This document shows, piece by piece, positions 9,491 through 14,683 of a DNA stretch of 26,561 nt (its first letter is position 1; each line of letters opens with the position of its first letter). The translations under genes were made by a program, and so were the position numbers. A model generated the notes under the pieces. It searched no databases, was not told the DNA's origin, and saw only the letters and a list, made by a program, of their open reading frames with translations. Origin of the DNA: a virus (taxonomy: Duplodnaviria; Caudoviricetes); the IMG/VR virus record IMGVR_UViG_3300025498_000017, positions 1 through 26,561 of that record, one strand, 5' to 3'.

Positions 9491-10711
9491 TTATGAACTG
9501 AACCCAAACAAAAGTTTCTTTGCTAAAGCCAATAACCCAAAAGAACCTGTAAACTCTTGATTTGAAAGGAGATAGCTCCAGGGACCATATGGGGCCGCCG
9601 GACTTATCGGGTTATATGAGTATCCAGTATCCATCACATTTGAACCAGGCACGAATCCCCAATCGTCCTCTTGGTTCGCTCCAAAGCGTACAGCGTTCTG
9701 CAATGCCTTCTGCCAGATTTCCCATTCGGTCTGGAATTTGGCACGCACCTTCTGGTCTGGGTTGCGCCTATAGCACTGCGCGAAGAATCCTTGCTTGAAG
9801 AAACTATAAAAGTCGTCCGGCACGGGGTCTAAGTATTGCTGTAACGAAGTGAAAAACGGAACTTTCGCTTGAGCGACAGGCTGAATCAGCCATTCTGGGC
9901 CGGTCTCCGCGACCAACGGGCTTACGCGGAATCCTTGTCCCTTGGGATTGATTGCAATCCATTGCACGGTTCCATCCATGACCGTAGTGGCTATTGCAGT
10001 CGGATTTTGCACGGTAGGATATACCGGATTCAGATTTGTAAGGAACGGGTTCGTAGGCCCGCACGTCAACACTTGGGAAGGATTATTTATCGGAGCGAGG
10101 TTATTTACTGTCCAGAGATTTCCGAATGCATCATGTATACTCGTAGAAGGCGCGAAAGGTTGCATTGCAGAAAGCCCAACGGGATTGAAATACTGCATTC
10201 CGGGTCCGGGGTTAAAGTTTCCCGTCGGATTGACTTGAGCGGGTAAACCCCACATGCCTGATTGCATCGTATCATTCTGCATCCAGCAAATACGAGCATC
10301 ATTGTTATTGGACAGGTTGAAGGTAATAAGAAGATCGCGTTTCACCATTACCGGATACACAGGTTTTGGATATTGCGTACAGGAATAGTTCACTGCTGAG
10401 CAACTTTCTAACCAGCCGAGCAATACCACATTTGGAACAAAATAATCCTGTTGCCAACTGTTTAGAAAGAAGTTTTGAACACCACCCCCAGTCGGGTCAT
10501 TCCCCGTTGCATATGGCGAGAAGAGTCGGTTCCACTTCCAGTTAAACGGTTCCCCATTAGGCCCGCCGCAAAGCATCGCTTGCATTACATCATTAGCAAT
10601 CGAAAGGGCAGGGGCGTCAGAGAATCCGCCCGTAGGGAGAGCAGGTGCCAAATCGGAGAATGCCCTTGCGTCGTCCACGAGGTCTTGCAATTTTATGGAG
10701 GATGAGCCTAT
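9491..10711 (-). CDS. Head-tail adaptor / tail tubular A-like protein (paralog 1); probable ATA start
   Basis: ORF track 9491..10690; in-frame extension (I)GSSSIKLQD aligns in register with MALSTVKIMD of the paralog; IANDVMQAML..PFNWKWN motif. Confidence 0.55.
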   Translation of the reverse strand: MGSSSIKLQDLVDDARAFSDLAPALPTGGFSDAPALSIANDVMQAMLCGGPNGEPFNWKWNRLFSPYATGNDPTGGGVQNFFLNSWQQDYFVPNVVLLGWLESCSAVNYSCTQYPKPVYPVMVKRDLLITFNLSNNNDARICWMQNDTMQSGMWGLPAQVNPTGNFNPGPGMQYFNPVGLSAMQPFAPSTSIHDAFGNLWTVNNLAPINNPSQVLTCGPTNPFLTNLNPVYPTVQNPTAIATTVMDGTVQWIAINPKGQGFRVSPLVAETGPEWLIQPVAQAKVPFFTSLQQYLDPVPDDFYSFFKQGFFAQCYRRNPDQKVRAKFQTEWEIWQKALQNAVRFGANQEDDWGFVPGSNVMDTGYSYNPISPAAPYGPWSYLLSNQEFTGSFGLLALAKKLLFGFSS

Positions 10712-10715
10712 ATAA

Positions 10716-11060
10716 TTACCCTTTACTTTCCCAGCGAACAGCGGCTGCTTTCTTTCCCGACTCTCTATAGGAGTCTAACTGTTCTTGTGTTACATTCTTC
10801 CAACGCAACTGAACGGCGTTGAGCAATTCCTCTTCAGTCAGATAGCCCCCGACGAACTGTTCAAAGATGAGCCGAGCGTCGGCAGTGGGAGCGAGGCCCT
10901 CCAAGCGGAGATCCGCGACAGCGTTTTCCACCGCTTCGCGACGAAGAAGACTCTCAGAAACCGCTATTGCCTTCAACTTCCAATTTCGACAAATTATAGG
11001 TCGTTTCTCTTTGTTGGCATCTAGCCAACGTTTCTTTGATTCTTTTGATGGTTGTCCCAT
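10716..11060 (-). CDS. Small protein with VbhA-antitoxin-like domain
   Basis: RREAVENAVADLRLEGLAPTADARLIFEQFVGGYLTEEELL resembles VbhA family helices; ATG 11060 with SD AAAGGA. Confidence 0.55.
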   Translation of the reverse strand: MGQPSKESKKRWLDANKEKRPIICRNWKLKAIAVSESLLRREAVENAVADLRLEGLAPTADARLIFEQFVGGYLTEEELLNAVQLRWKNVTQEQLDSYRESGKKAAAVRWESKG

Positions 11061-11168
11061 ATTCAATTCCTTTCCATATAAAAGAAAATGAAGGGCGAGA
11101 ATATATGGTTCCCGCCCTAGTCGAGTGTTCCCTCGCCAGGGCAAAACGGCACTCTGCCGCAATTTGTG

Positions 11169-11399
11169 TTATCGAGATGAGGGTCGCGGCTTTCGAGTCT
11201 TTTCAAGTTCATCAACTCGCGCCACAAACACAGGGTTCGTTTTGAGATGCACTAAATATTCATCGGACGAATAGGCATCTACATCAGCAAGCGTGAGAGC
11301 CGCGACTTGATCCGCTGATAGCGGTAACTTTCGCTGCTCCGACTGTGCTTGCCTGTTGGCTAGTTCCTGACGATATGCTTGGGCTTCTTTTTGGCTCAT
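11169..11399 (-). CDS. Small protein resembling the scaffold C-terminal domain
   Basis: LTLADVDAYSSDEYLVHLKTNPVFVARVDELEK aligns with scaffold LTMAEIDRMPSDVYRKNLQNPAFAKHVNELAEK. Confidence 0.6.
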   Translation of the reverse strand: MSQKEAQAYRQELANRQAQSEQRKLPLSADQVAALTLADVDAYSSDEYLVHLKTNPVFVARVDELEKTRKPRPSSR

Positions 11400-11401
11400 G
11401 G

Positions 11402-12058
11402 TTACCTCAGGGTCGTATTCTTCACATGGGTTCTGTAATCCTGAGTAGCGTCAACCCACTGCTCAGATGAATCATCCCATTTCGTGAACTTACAAATTAC
11501 CGAAGCCGACGGGCTATTGTTCGTTTCGAACTGCATAGCCTTGATGTACTCTTGCTGGGCTTTTTCGAAACGCTCTTGTGAGAACTTGCCGTCTTTTGGT
11601 GCAACACACTTGCCCTTTTCGTTGAAATAGAAATTATCTTTCACCGGGGGCAACCACGTTTTACCACACCGCAGGCACCGAATCCACATATCACCATTGA
11701 TCATCTGGTGCTTGATTACTGCATACTGTGATCCGTTACCACCTGTATGCAACACATGAAGGTCACGCTCGGAAACAACTCCACCCTTCCGGTGAGTGCA
11801 TGCGTTCTGCTTGGCTTCATCAGAAGCCCGCTGTTGGGCGAAAGTACGACCTTGCTGCTCGCGGTCCTGCTTACGCTGCTTGGCTTTGGTCTCTCGGTCC
11901 CCAAGGCGTCCCCTCAGGTCTTCGAGATTCAGTTCACGCTCTTTCTTCTGCAATTCGAGATCGGCAAGTTGTGCCCGCTTGATCTGCAATTCAATTAAAG
12001 CAATCTCTTCGGCGGCATTTTTCGGTGCCGTCATTACTTCTTGTTTCTTGTCTTCCAT
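11402..12058 (-). CDS. Hypothetical protein with coiled coil and Cys/His Zn-finger-like motif
   Basis: ATG 12058 after SD AAGGAGGAG; CTHRKGG...H...CLRCGKTW. Confidence 0.6.
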   Translation of the reverse strand: MEDKKQEVMTAPKNAAEEIALIELQIKRAQLADLELQKKERELNLEDLRGRLGDRETKAKQRKQDREQQGRTFAQQRASDEAKQNACTHRKGGVVSERDLHVLHTGGNGSQYAVIKHQMINGDMWIRCLRCGKTWLPPVKDNFYFNEKGKCVAPKDGKFSQERFEKAQQEYIKAMQFETNNSPSASVICKFTKWDDSSEQWVDATQDYRTHVKNTTLR

Positions 12059-12071
12059 ACTCCTCCTTAAA

Positions 12072-12704
12072 TTACTGCTCACGATTGCGGTGACTATGCA
12101 AGATCGTGTTGTATCGTTCAGCGCACGGTAACAACGCCGGACCAAAAACTTTATGTGCAAGTTCTTCAGTGAGAATGTTCTTTAGGATCAACTGTAATAG
12201 TACAGTGCGCCAGCCTCGATACTTCTCTGCGAGCGGTGCGCCGTGATCGTCAAAACCCATCACCGTATACTCGGGCATGTAGCCGTTCTGCACCCAACAC
12301 GCCATCTCGGGCTTTTTCATCCCTAAACTATCCGAGTACAACAGCACTAACTTGTCCGGGTGCGGGTGATCCCGGTAATACACTTTCAGATGGCATTCAT
12401 CGCGGAGTTTTGTAATCAACTCCGCATGGTTCATGATGCGACCGAATCGCATCTGAATCTCTTTGTACTCCTCTGGGGTACACCATTGATATTCCTTGGC
12501 GACCTCATTGGAATATTCTTTCTGTTTAGCCAATTCTTCCTTGGCCTGATTGCTGCTGTCGTCATGCCGATGCGTACTGTATTCAGCTACAGCCGCCGCC
12601 AACTCGGGCGTCATCTCATCTTGGAGATCGTACGTTTCCCAAGGTGCCCGAGAATCTAACCTTGTGCCCTGACTCTTTTGTATCTGTTCGGGTGTTGGTT
12701 CCAT
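12072..12704 (-). CDS. Hypothetical phage protein
   Basis: 210-aa ORF with strong SD AAGGAGGAG, co-oriented with the module. Confidence 0.65.
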   Translation of the reverse strand: MEPTPEQIQKSQGTRLDSRAPWETYDLQDEMTPELAAAVAEYSTHRHDDSSNQAKEELAKQKEYSNEVAKEYQWCTPEEYKEIQMRFGRIMNHAELITKLRDECHLKVYYRDHPHPDKLVLLYSDSLGMKKPEMACWVQNGYMPEYTVMGFDDHGAPLAEKYRGWRTVLLQLILKNILTEELAHKVFGPALLPCAERYNTILHSHRNREQ

Positions 12705-12839
12705 GCTATCACTCCTCCTTAGTTTGGCTCATCCGGCGAAATGAACGTCTGCCTTGGAGGAGCTTTAGCACTTCGATGTCGTATATTAGTACATAACTAG
12801 GGGATCAGCCCAGCCTGCCTCTAACGCTTTCAGCCCGTG

Positions 12840-13106
12840 TTAACCCAGACCTTCCACTGTTTCTATAGCAGATGCTAATCCAGCTTCTGCGGTAGAATCA
12901 ATCGTTTCATCAAAACTTTCTTGACACATACTTCTAAATTCTTCGTCATTCTGATGTTGAATATGCTTCAACCGTCGCAAATCGCTATTCACCCTCCTCA
13001 ATCGTGCGATAGTCTCTCGATGCAGTTTGATGCTCTGTTCGAGCGTGATAATGTGCTCGGCCATTGCATCAACTATTGATTGGCTGTAAAACTGTGGTTC
13101 TTTCAT
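12840..13106 (-). CDS. Hypothetical coiled-coil protein
   Basis: ATG 13106 after SD GGAGGAGG (track start 13157 lies in an upstream hairpin). Confidence 0.55.
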   Translation of the reverse strand: MKEPQFYSQSIVDAMAEHIITLEQSIKLHRETIARLRRVNSDLRRLKHIQHQNDEEFRSMCQESFDETIDSTAEAGLASAIETVEGLG

Positions 13107-13117
13107 ATCCTCCTCCA

Positions 13118-13155
13118 AGGAAAGAGTAGGGCTGTACCACCTATACAGCCCACTC
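13118..13155 (-). terminator. Possible intrinsic terminator or attenuator hairpin
   Basis: GAGTGGGCTGTA-7 nt-TACAGCCCTACTC followed by TTTCCTT (short, interrupted U-tract). Confidence 0.35.
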
Positions 13156-13160
13156 AATTT

Positions 13161-13370
13161 TCACGCTGCGGTCAAACCATATCTACGCCGAATACTCGCA
13201 GAATAAGATTTCATTTTGGCAGCTTCTGGGTTTTTTATAGCTCGCTCTTGTTGCCAAGCCCTTTGATACTCCCTACTTTTTTCTAAGTTGTCATAATATC
13301 GCTTTTTAGAACGCTCATTAATAGCGATACGTTTTTCTTCAGATGTATGATATTTCAAGGGTGTAGACAT
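13161..13370 (-). pseudogene. Truncated Endo VII-type homing endonuclease (N-terminal part only)
   Basis: Basic helical N-terminus ending RRRYGLTAA*; in Endo VII HEGs YGLT precedes the CxxC catalytic domain, which is missing here (compare 8931..9440). Confidence 0.55.
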
Positions 13371-13449
13371 ATTCTCCTTTCAAAAAGAATTGGGGCGTGT
13401 TGAAAGGCACGCCCCGCCTATCGTTCATGAGGCGACAGGTTAATAGACT

Positions 13450-14043
13450 TCAGGCAACGACTGTCACAAGCACCTGACAGTACACCATCATAACGGGGTC
13501 GCCGCTATTCTGTGTCGGTTCTGGGTCAAGTGAGCTAGATGCAAAGTCACAAAATGGAAATTGCACCTCAATAACTGCCTGGCCGACAGCCAGACCAGTG
13601 ATCAGACCTGTGGCGCTGACCGAGGCAACGTTGGCATTGTAACCTGCGAACGGCGACGGCTTATACCATGCGGGCGAATCTGCCTGCGGATCATTGTAAC
13701 TCTTGTACACTGGCGAGCCTACCCAAGAGACGTACGTAACATCGTGCACATCTTTCAGGACAGTCGTCAATTGACAAGTGTCGGAATACACAGTTCCACC
13801 GTACGTCTTGCCTCCAAGAGACAGAGTCAGAGCATACTGGGCATTTGCGCCCACAGGCTTGCTGGAACTGGCGACTGCGCCGTAGCCCTGCCCGTTTAGA
13901 CCACGAGTGTCATTGGCGGTAGCTTCGGTAGCGACGGTCAATCCGCCGCTGGCGCAGTTAGTGATGTTGGTGCCGGTGACTTGGACGTATGCTGCAACGC
14001 CCAGACCATCGGTCGGATTGTGTTGAGGATTTGGATTGCTCAT
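13450..14043 (-). CDS. Ig-like (Big_2-type) virion / head decoration protein
   Basis: NANVASVSATGLITGLAVGQAVIEV motif; located just downstream of the capsid gene. Confidence 0.6.
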   Translation of the reverse strand: MSNPNPQHNPTDGLGVAAYVQVTGTNITNCASGGLTVATEATANDTRGLNGQGYGAVASSSKPVGANAQYALTLSLGGKTYGGTVYSDTCQLTTVLKDVHDVTYVSWVGSPVYKSYNDPQADSPAWYKPSPFAGYNANVASVSATGLITGLAVGQAVIEVQFPFCDFASSSLDPEPTQNSGDPVMMVYCQVLVTVVA

Positions 14044-14055
14044 TGAATTTTCCTT

Positions 14056-14583
14056 TCAGAATTTGTAGCGGTCGCCAGAACAAATCTTACTTATATGCGA
14101 CTGATGAACCTTGAATCGCAAGGCGAGATCGCAAACTCGAACTCCACCCTGTCGCAATCTCCGAATCTCAGAGACTTGCGTTTCAGATAAAGTACGATGC
14201 GAATTACATTGTCGAATCCTTGCATCTAGGGAATGCTTTTTCCCATTCCATGGATTGAATTGTGACACCCTTAATCGGGCATTGTCACTCATCTTTCGGA
14301 GAGCTAATTCTGTATGCTTATATCCTGATGAACCGTCCCCACCATCTGTGAGATTCCTTAAATATCCCATCCCAAGGTCTTTACGACCATAGTAAGAGAT
14401 CAGAAAAGTTTCTGCAAATAGTGCGTCTTGTTCAGATACAAACTCTTGGATTAACACCCGTGACGCATCATTCGGCGGTTTAGCGCCTTTTCGTCCATGT
14501 CGCCAAAAGGCACGGTTTCCCGTACCCTTACCGACATAGTATGGTGTACCGTCTTCACGGAGCCATAGATAAGTGTAGAACAT
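14056..14583 (-). CDS. Free-standing GIY-YIG homing endonuclease with NUMOD3-like and C-terminal HTH domains
   Basis: FYTYLW...PYYVGKG..R, AE..LI, LRNLTDGGDG, GYKHT/GKKHS repeats, C-terminal HTH; ATG 14583 after AAGGAG. Confidence 0.85.
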   Translation of the reverse strand: MFYTYLWLREDGTPYYVGKGTGNRAFWRHGRKGAKPPNDASRVLIQEFVSEQDALFAETFLISYYGRKDLGMGYLRNLTDGGDGSSGYKHTELALRKMSDNARLRVSQFNPWNGKKHSLDARIRQCNSHRTLSETQVSEIRRLRQGGVRVCDLALRFKVHQSHISKICSGDRYKF

Positions 14584-14683
14584 AATTCTCCTTAAAGAAT
14601 TGGGAAGGATGTTAAGGCACCCTTCCCGCCACAGGATCATGACTTCCTGTAGTATCTTGTTCTGGCTTAAGCCATCAATTCAA

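Noticed and set aside
9491-9575. Imperfect hairpin under the hydrophobic C-terminal tail of the adaptor gene, as a possible third mini-intron
   Set aside because: No U.G P1, P10 or TAAATG end and no downstream exon found
13371-13439. Leader motif as a preQ1 riboswitch or HDV-like ribozyme
   Set aside because: The linker is U-rich rather than A-rich and the nested double-pseudoknot order is not met; an Rfam scan is needed to exclude fully
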